54,222 bases of DNA from Macrostomum lignano (lineage: Eukaryota), in assembly GCA_002269645.1 (NCBI GenBank), contig NIVC01004222.1, forward strand, positions 1-54,222. Reading direction: 5' to 3'. This document shows, piece after piece, positions 11,696 to 22,844 of the stretch. Position numbers and translations under genes: made by a program. The notes under the pieces were generated by a model that saw only the letters and a list, made by a program, of their open reading frames with translations, was not told the DNA's origin and searched no databases. Every line of letters begins with the position of its first letter. The stretch's first letter is position 1.

Positions 11696-14617
11696 ATGGC
11701 AAGATTATATGATTTAATAAATCAGCACCTGCCCAGTAACCAGAACTATACAAAGATCATAGGTTTTGCCCACTGCGACCCTACCATTCATGTCATGAAT
11801 GGCAAGGATACAGTTGATCGGGGCAAGTCGAAAACCCTTGGCCCGATGAAGCTGTCAGAGTCTGGATCGGCTGCAGGGCCAAATAGCCAGCAGCAGCTGT
11901 CCCAGGTGGGCGCCTCATCATCGGCCTACATGACTCAAGATAATGTAAATCTGGAGGCCACACAAAAGTACATCAAGATCCTGGAGGACAAGATTCGCGA
12001 GTACAGGCGCAACCTGGTGGATGAGCAGATGCACAGGGAGTCACAGACCTCCAAGGCCATTGAGGAGTTGAATAAGTTCGGCCAGGACTCAACCAAGCAG
12101 GAGCAGACGAAGCGGCGGCTGCAGCGGGAGCAGGGCGAGTTCACCACCAGGACGCAGAACATTCAGAAGAATATCCAGAAACTCGAGTTCAAGCTCAACG
12201 AGCTGAAGGCTCACGGAATTCCAAAGCAGGTGTGTGATCTACTGGCCTGGTTGAGGTAGCCAGTTTGAGTAAATTTAGTTGCTTAAGACAGGCTGAGAGT
12301 CAAGTACTTTGAGTTGTTGGGATTCAAGTAGTTTAAGCTGTTGGGATTCAAGTAGTTTAAGCTGTTGGGATTCAAGTAGTTTAAGCTGTTGGGATTCAAG
12401 TAGTTTTAGTTGCTAAGGAAAGGCTGGGATTCGAGTAGTTTGAGTTGCTAAGGAAAGGCTGGGATTCGAGTAGTTTGAGGTGCTAAGGAAAGGCTGGGAT
12501 TCGAGTAGTTTGAGTTGCGAAGGAAAGACTGGGATTCGAGTAGTTTGAGTTGTTGGGATTCGAGTAGTTTGAGTTGCTAGCTAAGGAAAGGCTGGGATTC
12601 GAGTAGTTTGAGTTGCTAGCTAAGGAAAGGCTGGGATTCGAGTAGTTTGAGTTGCTAGCTAAGGAAAGGCTGGGATTCGAGTAGTTTGAGTTGCTAGCTA
12701 AGGAAAGGCTGGGATTCGAGTAGTTTGAGTTGCTAGCTAAGGAAAGGCTGGGATTCGAGTAGTTTGAGTTGCTAGCTAAGGAAAGGCTGGGATTCGAGTA
12801 GTTTGAGTTGCTAGCTAAGGAAAGGCTGGGATTCGAGTAGTTGAAGATTTTCAGCTCATCACCTCCGCCGCACCCGCCAGGTGGTGCCAGACGACTATGT
12901 GCGTCAGCTGAAGAAGAAAGACGCCAAGAAGCACCGCCTGCTGCAAATGCCCAACCTGCTGAAGGCCAAGACGGCCTCATCCGGCGACCTGCTAGTTGGC
13001 GGCGCGGCGGCGGCCAGCGTTCCAGCAGGCGGCGGCAGCGGCGGGCCCGGCAGCGTCAGCGGGGTCGGCATCGAGCGGCCGAGCGTCGGCAGCCCACAGA
13101 AGAAGTCTCAGTCGCTGGAGCACGGAGCCGCTCCGCCGCCGCCGCTTTTCTCGCAGCAGCAGCAGCAGCAGTCGGGAGCGGAGTCTGTGCTCACCGTGTC
13201 CTCGTCGGAGGTGCCGAACACTGGCAAGAAGACCAGCCTGTCTGACGAAGAGGCCAGCCGGCTCGGGCAGAAAGCTGGCGGCGGCCCGCCAGTCACCTTC
13301 GGCCTGGGCGTCACCGGCGGCGGCGGTCCCCGGTCCACCACCAGCCGCTCCTACCGGCCGCCCAAGAGCCGCGCCTCGTCCTCCGTCAGCAGCGAGTCCG
13401 CCCGCTTCTTGTCGGCCAGCGAGGCGGCCGCTGCGGCTGCTGCTGCCGCCGCGTCTACGTCTCCGGCTGCCCCGGCTGTCAGCTGCGATCAAACCGAGTC
13501 CTTGCGCGAGCACTTCGAGCACCTGCTGCAGGAGCAGCGGCGGGCCCTCACCGACGAGCTGGACATTGTGCGCAACCGACTGCAGGACGAAGCTGGCGAT
13601 ATTCACAAGCTGGTGGACTCGGAAATCCATAAGCTGAGATATGACCAGCAGGTAATTGGCCGGCCCAGCCAGTGAATGAGATGAATAAGCCAGTGAATGA
13701 GATGACTTGAGTCAGTGAATGAGATTACTTGAGTCAGTGAATGAGATGACTTGAGTCAGTGAATGAGATGACTTGAGTCAGTGAATGAGATGACTGAGTC
13801 AGTAAATGGGACGACGGAGTCAGTAAATAGGATGACTTAGTCTGTGGATGTGTTGAAGGAGTCGGTGAGTCCAGTGCAAGCACCCCTTGCCCACACGCCC
13901 CCATACATGCGCAACCTTGGGAATCACTCGGCCGTTTCTATTGGCAACACACACATGTAAGTCGCTATTGGCTGAGAGCAGTCACGTGACTACTATTCCG
14001 TCCAATAGCGACTTACATGTGTGTGTTGCCAATAGAAACGGCCGGGTGAATCTCTAGGTTGCGCCCAAGCATGCACGCCCCCCCCCCCAATCCAGGAGCT
14101 GTCGGCCAGCCTGGACGACAACCAGAAGGAGCTGGAGAAGATGAAGGTGTTCCTCACCAACCTGTCCAAGGAGTTCAACAAGCTGATGCTGGTCGACCAG
14201 CAGATTGACGACATGAACAACAAGATCGCCGTGCTGTCCCGCGACCTCCAGGGCCCCGGCGCCTGCCCGCACAGCCGGCCGGACTCTGCCGCCACCACCG
14301 GCACTCGGATGCTGAACCTGCTGGTGGCGCTGCTGTCCTACGGCTTCGTTGCAGCCTCCTGCCTCATCAACCTGCTGCTGTGGCTGCTGGGCTTCCTGCG
14401 CAGCCGGCCGTTTGTCATCATCTGCGTGGCCGCGCTGCTGCTGGCGCTGCTGTTCCGCCAGTGGCTCGCGCTGGCGCCTCTGCTGACGCCCGACGGTCTG
14501 GCGGCCGCCGTGGCGCGCGGCTCGCCGCAGGCTGTGCGCCGATTTTTGTCAGATTTGGCGCTGGCGCTGAATAAACACGACGAGGCTTCGGCGGCCTCTG
14601 CCGCGGATGCGGGCTGA
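11696..14617 (+). CDS. TMCC: Transmembrane and coiled-coil domain family protein (TMCC/TEX28-like), 3 exons, ~608 aa
   Basis: Exons 11696-12229, 12881-13651 and 14096-14617 are all phase 0, GT-AG and open. The coiled coil ends QKNIQKLEFKLNELKAHGIPKQ, matching the TMCC-type KL.E.E.NGIP.Q motif. A second coiled coil and two C-terminal hydrophobic segments (MLNLLVALLSYGFVAASCLINLLLWLL; FVIICVAALLLALLFRQW) follow. Confidence 0.8.
12290..12841. repeat. 39-bp (and ~24-bp) minisatellite filling TMCC intron 1
   Basis: Tandem GATTCGAGTAGTTTGAGTTGCTAGCTAAGGAAAGGCTGG. Confidence 0.9.
13668..13830. repeat. 22-bp minisatellite in TMCC intron 2
   Basis: Tandem AGTCAGTGAATGAGATGACTTG. Confidence 0.85.
13929..14044. 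repeat. Perfect 43-bp-arm inverted repeat (hairpin) with 30-nt loop
   Basis: 13929-13971 is the exact reverse complement of 14002-14044. The loop contains the palindrome AGTCACGTGACT. Confidence 0.95.
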
Positions 14618-14764
14618 AGGACTGGGCGAGTTGGACCCCTCGCGCTTCTGGCAGTGTCTGCTTTATTGATTACTGCTGGGCACTCGGACATGGGGATCTG
14701 ATGGATTGCTAGTCTGCTTCGCGATTGAGGTGTATCGGTAGTCTGCTTCATAAGTATTGTAAAT

Positions 14765-14935
14765 ATTGGATTGCTAATCTATTCAGTAAGTCAAAGAATA
14801 GAATGGATTGCTAATCTATTCAATAAGTCAAAGAACAGAATGGATTGCTAATCTATTCAGTAAGTCAGAATAGAATGGATTGCTAATCTATTCAATAAGT
14901 CAAAGAATAGAATGGATTGCTAATCCATTCAATAA
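14765..14935. repeat. ~37-bp tandem repeat downstream of TMCC
   Basis: About 5 copies of AATGGATTGCTAATCTATTCA(G/A)TAAGTCAAAGAATAG. Confidence 0.85.
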
Positions 14936-15864
14936 AGATCTGCTGCTAGCTTCTGCGCCTCTCTGACAATGGTTTTGTTCACACCAATGCTGCTAGATCG
15001 GCAGTATTTTAAGCTACTCGAATGATTCGGCCTTCGCCACTCCCTCTGACCCCCCTGCCTCCCTCTGACCCCCCTGCCTGTCCCCCATTTCGATCGCGTC
15101 TCCACATATTTCATCTCCTAGAGACTCCTCACGTTTTAATTGTTATTTTTCTGTTTTAAAATTTTAACCCTCACCAGTAGGAGCACCGGTCCAGCCAGCC
15201 ACCTGCATGTCTGCTTCTGTCCGTTTCTTTCTGTCCTCTGTTTTCATTTATTTTTCGCTTAATGCTGCTGCACACATCGTCAGTGACAGAGAACTGTTGA
15301 TTGCATGCTGTGCGACTGCGGCAGTAGAATCAAATATTACTAACAGTAGTTATCGATATTTTTCTCTGCCTTACTCGGACGTGGTTAAACCGCCAAGTCT
15401 GACCGCCTCGCTGCCTGCCGCTCATCCAGAGTTTCACCGACTGCTTCATCCTATAATTATAGATAGACCTAATTAAGTTAATCCTGATCCCGCTTCCGTT
15501 GATTGCTGTTCGGACCTGCCAGACCCGCTACTCACTGTGCTCGCCTCTGCTAATTGTATATCCGCTTATAATTTGGGTTTAGCCTTGTTCGCCATCATGA
15601 CACTGATAAGGAGACTGTTCTGTACAAATTCCATACTGTTAAGTGGCATTGTACATTGTACAAATCGGCTTCCGCCTGCCTATCGTGTGCACCATGTTTT
15701 ACCGCCGTCTGTAACAATTAAATCAGTTTCAGATTCTGTCTGAGTAAATCTTATATGCTTTATTGCATCATACATCATTGAATTTGAAATTTGCGCAAAG
15801 TTTATTGTGTACTTAATTAATGTTGCATGTAGGCTTTCTTGGACTTCATTTGAGGCGAGGTCTG

Positions 15865-16130
15865 GGGTCAGGGAGATTGAGAGGGGAATCAGGTAGATTG
15901 ATAGGGAAATCAGGAAATTGAGAAGGGAATAATGGAGATTGAGAGGGGAATCAAGAAGTTGAGAAGGGAATAATGGAGATTGAGAGGGGAATCAAGAAGT
16001 TGAGAAGGGAATAATGGAGATTGAGAAGGAGATCAGGAAATATTTGGAGGAGAACCAAGGAGATTGAGGGGGGAATCAGGGAGATTAATAGGGGAGTCAG
16101 GGAGAGAGCCAGGGGAATCAGGAAGAGAGA
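15865..16130. repeat. Purine-rich degenerate tandem repeat
   Basis: Repeated GGAGATTGAGAGGGGAATCA / GAAGGGAATAATGG motifs. Confidence 0.75.
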
Positions 16131-17641
16131 GATACATGTACACATTGTATAGTGTATGGGAGTAATAAACAAACCTGGGAGTCAGGAAGAAGAAAAGATG
16201 GTAGATGTGGGAACAAGACTGAAAGAATCCGGAAGAGACACCAGAAAAGATTCAGACAGTCCATATCGGACATCTCAGGCAGTTTGCCAGGCCATTGGAG
16301 TGCACGAGTCCATACTGTGCGGAGTGAGTGAGCACTTTTGCTACCCCCGGTGCACTTAGCAGCTATGCTGGGCGGCTCTGACATTTAACTTTATTTAACT
16401 ACCAAGTTCAGACAGCTGGCTGGAAGGAATGGATTGCGGCCGGCCTGTGTGTTCGGTGCAGCCCGGTCACGCCATGCTAAGTTTAGTGCTCAGCTGTGCT
16501 GCGCCACACAATATGCTGCAGTTTTATCGGCCTTTTTGTTATTAAAATAGCGGTCAAGGAATTATCTCTGCTCATAGTAGTGTAGTGAGAATTATGTTTT
16601 CATTTTATTTGTTATTTGTCTGGAATTGAAGCGGATACATTGCGTCGGAGGAGCATGCCATAATATCGATCCGGCTATTGTAATTTGCACCTGAAGATTG
16701 CCTCCTCCACTAGCTTGGATTCATTTACAAATACAGCACAGTTGTAAAAGACGCAACACTTAAAAATCGTGTAGATCTACACGATCTCGGCTCCAGATTC
16801 AAGGCAGGTGTTGCTCATACATTAAAAGCATCGTTTTTGCAGCAGGGTGCTTAGAAAATTTTATTCTCAAGGATCGCATCCAAGAATATGTAAAAAGCAC
16901 TTACAGGTAAGTAGTCCGAGCTGTCTTAAGGACGTTTGTCATCTTAACTACTTGACTAGAGGGCATCACGAGAGGAGGCAGAGCTGAGGGGACCGTCCGA
17001 CCCTTGGCAACCAGACTCTTCCAGCATGATCTCCCATGAGAAAATGGCGCGCTCTCCCAATCGCCCCGACAAAAGAAATATGAGAAGCAACCAAGCTCGA
17101 CGAATGACAGCAGCTCAACTTCTGCCACAACCTGCACTATTAATGTTCATCGCGAGCTTATTTAATCTATACAGACGCGCGCACTCACAAAGCAGTTGCT
17201 GAAGCATTTCGTTACATTCTAACTTAACTATCAGAGTTGACGTGATTCATCACACACTTTGCATTGCTATCTGACAGTCGAGCGATGCAGATTATCCTTG
17301 CTTTTCTTATAGACTCAAGTTGGGATAAATGCAGTCAAAGTACATGTACTATTCCGTAATTTTCTCATTATTTGACATTTCTACGAGCGCAATTATTGGT
17401 TATCGAAATAGTCTGTCTCGCACACTTAAGCTCGAACAGAATGGAAACTCCAGTCGAATTCCAGTATCGGCTGCAGGCCAATCAGCAGTCAGCAGACTTG
17501 CATGCAGGTCCCGTCTCGTCACAGCAAATCAAAAGCCGGGAAAGCTGTTTAAAACAAAACTGACGCGTACCTACATGTAAAAGACGGGACCAGCCAAATC
17601 GCGAACATAGAATTAACCCCTGAGTTGTCCAAAGCAGCTGA

Positions 17642-18675
17642 ATGCATCCAATCGCTGCGCTCTTCATCTTGGCTTTCTCAGTCTCTCTGGCAGAAGCCCA
17701 GAGCAGCCAGCAGCTGTGCCACACAGCCTTCAGGGAGGTCAGCAGCGGCTCCCTGTGCATCCGCAGCGCCTTCACCCGCACGCTGCCCGGCATCGCATCG
17801 GAGCTGCGGTGCTCCATCGAGTGCGGCGGAGAGCCGAGCTGCCAGGCCTTCACCATGGCCGACGGTCCGTGCCAGCTGTTCGTGTTTGACAGGTGCAGCA
17901 AGTCGGTGCGGGACTGCGGCTGCTCCCGGAGAGGCCGCCTGTTCGTGAAGCGGCAGCCGGGACTCGAGCCGGGCGCGCTGTGCCCGCCTGGCTACGCAGA
18001 CGAGCTGTGCGGAGTGAAGTACCGCCTGATCAACAGCACCGCCACCTGGTCAGCCCAGAAGCTCAGGTGCGTGGCTGGAATGGGTTGGGCTGAAATGGCA
18101 CCGCTTCCGTGCGGGTTCGATTCCGCGGTATGGCGGCCTTATCAGTTCGGGGTTCTCGTAGAATGTTGGCCTGAATTATGTGCAATTGCCACTCATTAGT
18201 AAGAGCCAACCCCAAGACGCACAGTGAGCACACTGCCGGAGGATGAAACTCAGGGCAGAGTTAGACTCGGAGGGTGTTTCCGTGTCCGTATCCATGTGTC
18301 AAATGGTAGCAGAAACGTCTCACGGCCTGAACTGCCTGAACTGACAGGTGCGAGTCGGATTCTGGCCTGGCGATGCTGGCCGATGTCACTAACTCGTCTG
18401 AGATGAGCCACGTTGAAGCCATGTACACCGCGCTCAGCCCGGGAGTCGCTGTCTACCTGGGCGGCTACCGCGTGTTTCCTGGTGCCGCTCAGACGGACGG
18501 CTGGCTCTGGACGGCCTGCAACATCACGGTGGACGATACGCTCTGGGGCTCTGGCGAGCCCAATTCGTTTGGGGAGAAGGCCACGGCTCGGTACCCGACA
18601 GTGCCGAAGCTGGTGGACATCACGGATTCGGGAGCCTACGGCGCCCTCTGCGAGTGCGTGTCGCCGTTTGATTGA
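17642..18675 (+). CDS. Secreted PAN/apple-like + C-type lectin domain protein, 2 exons, ~250 aa
   Basis: Exons 17642-18066 and 18348-18675 total 753 nt and stay open across a phase-2 GT-AG intron. Signal peptide MHPIAALFILAFSVSLAEA; PAN-type Cys pattern C.IEC.....CQAF......CQL; C-type lectin motifs CP.GY, TW..QK.RC, YLGG, WLW, WGSGEPN and terminal ALCEC. Confidence 0.8.
18067..18347 (+). mobile_element. tRNA-derived SINE (family 2) occupying the whole lectin intron
   Basis: A-box-like TGGCTGGAATGG at 18072, B-box GGTTCGATTCC at about 18114, short tandem tail CCTGAACTGCCTGAACTGA, and flanking direct repeat CAGGTGCG (18064-18071, 18345-18352). Confidence 0.65.
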
Positions 18676-19499
18676 TCGAGCTGGACAAGCACGCGAAGGG
18701 CAATATTGAAAACAGTTTAACAGCGATCTGGAATTGAGGTTACCTGATACTGAAGCAAGGTTTGAATGCCTCTGTTTAACTGTGAATTGCAACTCCTTTG
18801 GTATATCGAGTCTTGCTTGGCGTTTTTGATGGAGCCATGGAAATCTTAATACGCTCGTATAGAAAGCTACACTAAAATCCAGTTTTTTTGCCGCAAAATG
18901 CTTTAGCGTGATGGGAAAGTTAAATTTACAGCATCTCACCCTCTGCTCGTCCGAAATGCAAACAAATCGGTTTTTTGTCTGAGGTGGCTTCAAAAGTTTG
19001 TCGAGAGAAAGGATTAAAAAAGTGCTATAGGAGTCGCAATACACAGTAGGGTTTTTAACTGGATTTCTCAAAGATTTGCAATTTTGCGTGGCGATAGATT
19101 GGGGTTCTCCAAATGCAAATTAAATCAAGAAAAATCATATCAGAAAAATACACAAAGGAGACAGGAAGAACAGATTTTCTACTACTGTTTGCTTTTTGGT
19201 CTCTGGTAACATTCCGGGAAAAGATTGTGATGGCCTAAGCTGTGGATCCCTCCGCAGCCTTGGCCAAGAGTCTGCTTGCTCCCATTGACTACGGCACCCT
19301 GTTTGTTCCCCTCACTTTTCTCTTCACCCAATCTAAACAACTCCCCCATGCTATGCATGCACCGCCTGCACGCTTTTCTTTTCGTACCACAGCTAAGGCT
19401 AAGTTGGGGCCCAGGAGCCCACAAATGTAAAACTGGACACTCGACTTATGGTCACGCCTCATTGTCCGTCTGCCACTCGATGACCACTTCCCAGTGAAA

Positions 19500-20215
19500 A
19501 TGCTCGCAAAGACTCACCATCGGACTTCGTTTTGAGTTATCATAACGGCGAAGAGTTCAGCTTGTAGGCGCGTTCCGGAACTGTCCAAGGACTCCGACTT
19601 CGAAGTCTACGCTAAGAATACAGAGGACACCGCTGAGATGGCCACACAGCACCGCCATGCTCATAGGAGAAGAAGCCTACACAGTACTTCGAAACTTGCC
19701 AGCCAGAAAAGGTGGCTGGCAAGTCTTATGACGACCTCAAGAAAATCTTGCAGGATCGCCATGCCCTACTCCCTCCGAAATTGCGGCTCAGTCGAAGTTA
19801 CATAAAAAAGGGTGCAGCTGGCCGGAAGAAGCCTTCGCTACTTTACTGGAGTTCAGACTGACAGCCGTGAACTTTTTAATAATCGACGAAGAGGTCGGCT
19901 CGGCTCTGACTGCCAAGGTCATTGCACAGTCTCGAAGCTTCTCTACATGGCCAACAGCAACAAGCTCTCAATGAACAGGGCTGCTTGCTGTGGGGATTCA
20001 GGGTCGTCGTTCCGCCCGCACTCCGTCCGAATGCACACGTTCGTGCAGCTGCAAGTACGTACGTGTGGTCGCAAGTACAAGGACGTGGAGAACTCCGTCA
20101 AGTCATGCAAAACCTCCGTCAGGGCCAGGCTCAACCAGACGAATCCGTCCAAAGCGTCAGTGCACCCATCGCCCTTTCGATCGCAGCCGTGGTCCAGACT
20201 GCATGTCGATTGAAA
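19500..20215 (+). mobile_element. Degenerate, internally deleted Ty3/Gypsy LTR-retrotransposon (gag and integrase remnants)
   Basis: Frameshifted gag-like MLIGEEAYTVLRNL..EKVAGKSYDDLKKILQDR..SEIAAQSKLH, followed by the RNaseH-integrase junction and integrase zinc-finger region GCLLWGFRVVVPPALRP..YVW..KDVENSVKSC..SVHP..QPWSRLHVD. Confidence 0.75.
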
Positions 20216-21779
20216 GATTCCTATTTCCGTAATGAATTTTGTAGCAAACCGCTGCCTCCAAAGAAGCCTCCAGCATGATTTGCAAGTTTAGCGTCCTCTT
20301 ACATGTACTTTACTTGTCCGTTAGGGAAAAATCAGCATCTTCAAACATCGGTTTTTGTCAGGACTTTCAGTCTCACCTCTATGCTGTTTTGTGGATGAAG
20401 AAACGGCTCAGTCATTTGACAAAGTGATCTCCATATCTCGTAAATAAAGCGAACAGTTGAAGTTCTGGATAAAACCGGCGTGTATCCACTGCATTATGTG
20501 TATTGCCATGAAATCCATGATAGCTCGTACTTCGACAATTGTGTCTAAAATTAGCCTATAGCTAGATTAGGCCGCAGAATGTCAATGCATTACCAATCCA
20601 TTAGCTCCGTGAATTTGCGATTGTGTTCAGCTGCGTGTTATTCATCAGGTTGGGCACCGTCTCATCGATTTTTTATTGTAAGAATGCAAGGACAAATTTG
20701 GAACTGAGCACTCCTTGCTCGAGTCGTCCTTGACTAAAATTTTTCAGGAAAATGGCAGGATGAAAGGAAGAAAAAAGTTGCATTTGTGGCTTCCGTCAGG
20801 GTTGGATCTCCAACACAACAGGAAATTTCAAACCCAGATGCTGCAGGGAGCCAGGCCATCTTCATCTTTTCAGCTCCTGCTGGAAAAGCGGTTAGAATTG
20901 TGAGAGAACACAATATGGCGGCTTGAATAGAATCCTGGCTGGCTTTACGGCCTCAACTCATTGTTTTGTCCAACAACAGAAACCGCTTAGGCTAGGCCAA
21001 TATTACTGTCCTGGACCCAAACCTGTAATAATATTCTAAGATGCTACCTGCGATTTTCTAAGCTGCTAAGCTGGCTAACTACTCAATATATTCTGATGCT
21101 GAGGGGCATATGTAAGGACGGGAAAGTTTGTTTCTTGGAAAATATTTATGTAGAAAATACGATATAACTCAGATAAGGTATGAGATTCAGTGATTGGGTT
21201 TGTTCAACACTGGTGGAGATAAGAGCTTCATAGATTGTCGGTCACAGAAATCGTGATATATTTAGACATATTTGATATATATCGATCAAATATTCATCTT
21301 TTAGTAGCGTGTCAGCTTTATTGTAAAGCTTCATAGCTCGAATACATGTTTAACAGTATTGTCACAGGGGAGATCTTTCTTTTATCCCACCGCGCTGTCA
21401 CCAAAGTTGTTCTATAGGGGCTTCCCCTGTCTCGTATAAATTTCTACTGCTGATGTATAGCAGTTCTTTGTAGCAGTCTGATTATCGTTGTACTTTCATA
21501 AAGTTATATAGCTAAATATACATAAAGTTATAGAGGGTAGAGTTTTTACTATTCGAGCTAGGCTGAACAACTATCCTTAATTTACCACCGCTTCACCTAT
21601 TTATTAGGACGGAAAGCTATGAAACCTGCCTCTCGACTTGTCGGAGATAAAACAATAAATAACTATTTTAAATAACTATATAACTACATAATTAATTAGT
21701 TAATTAAATAACTATAAACAACTTTGGCTAGATGCCAATGAAAAATCTAATCCCGCATATGGATTTCGCCCGCCGAGAC

Positions 21780-22230
21780 TTTATATCAACATCCACATCG
21801 ACCCAGGCGATGGGATAGGATCGCCTCCCCACTGTCAACATCAGAAGGGGTTTCCAGACAGCCAGGGCTTCCCTGCTCTACTGACGGCTCGCTGTTTAAC
21901 GGCCGCGCTGGAGCGGGTATCGTCATCTTCACAAGGGTAAGAAGCTCTTTCAGGAAAGTCTACACCTTGGTGAGAACATCTCGGTTTTCCAAACATAAAT
22001 TTTTGCCATTGAGCAGTGTGCCCAGATTTCAGAACTTTCAATATTCATTTTTACACTGATAGCCAAGCCGCTATCAAGGCCTTAAACAGGCCAAAATTCC
22101 GCTGAAACAGCTAGAGTATCTCAATGCTGCGGCTGTGTGCAATCTCTCTCAGTCCTTAAAAGGATTAGAGTTATCTAGACATCCCGGTCAAAGCAATATC
22201 CTGGGCAACGAAGCCCGCGGATTATCTCTC
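21780..22230 (+). mobile_element. Degenerate non-LTR retrotransposon fragment (RNase H domain)
   Basis: With frameshifts and a stop it reads TDGSLFNGRAGAGIVIF..LHLGENISVFQT*IFAIEQCA..FYTDSQAAIKALN..HPGQSNILGNEA, matching RNase H motifs of RNaseH-bearing LINE clades (I/R1/Loa-like). Confidence 0.75.
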
Positions 22231-22844
22231 CAGACGGTAACTACTGTTATCACTGTTAGACAGCGACCTAGGCACGTTGATATGCCTAGGTCGCAAACCA
22301 CCCGCCATTTTAACAGGTGGCCAGCAATTAACACCAGCAACACCTGCAGCTCCACTCGATCACCGACTACAGACCCGCTCTGCAATGCCTAACTTGAACA
22401 CGAAAGTGTCTGAATATCTGATTTCACTGAACAAACCAAAAATGGGTTCAAATTAAAAAAATACAAATTAATTAAAATGTTGCGTATTAAAACCAATTAT
22501 TTATCGTAGTAAAATAAATAGCCCGCGGATTCAATTGGAAAAAAAGATTTACTTTTTTAATACCGTAATCTGAAAAAGGAAAGCCTTCCACAATATTCAA
22601 TATAAGTCTAGTAACAGGGCTAGATTTTAACTGTTCTGTCTTCTAGGAACTATCCCACCGGTTAGCCACCAAAGTTGTCCCAGGGCTTTCTCTTCCTTTT
22701 CTCTGGGATAATCTTATTTGCTGCCACCAAGTTGTGCTATGGTGATACCTATGTTCTCCTATTCATAGTTAATATGTACTTTTGCATGTACTTTTACTTA
22801 TTTCTACTGGTAGCGCCTGTATGTATTGTACCTTCTGGCCTAAG

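Noticed and set aside
12992-13637. Overlapping 212-213-aa ORFs in TMCC exon 2 and antisense ORFs over F-box exons
   Set aside because: Expected shadow ORFs of GC-rich coding sequence.
21180-21700. CR1/L2 LINE 3' end (weak SHRAVTK..LP similarity, A-rich tail)
   Set aside because: Too degenerate to support without an alignment search.
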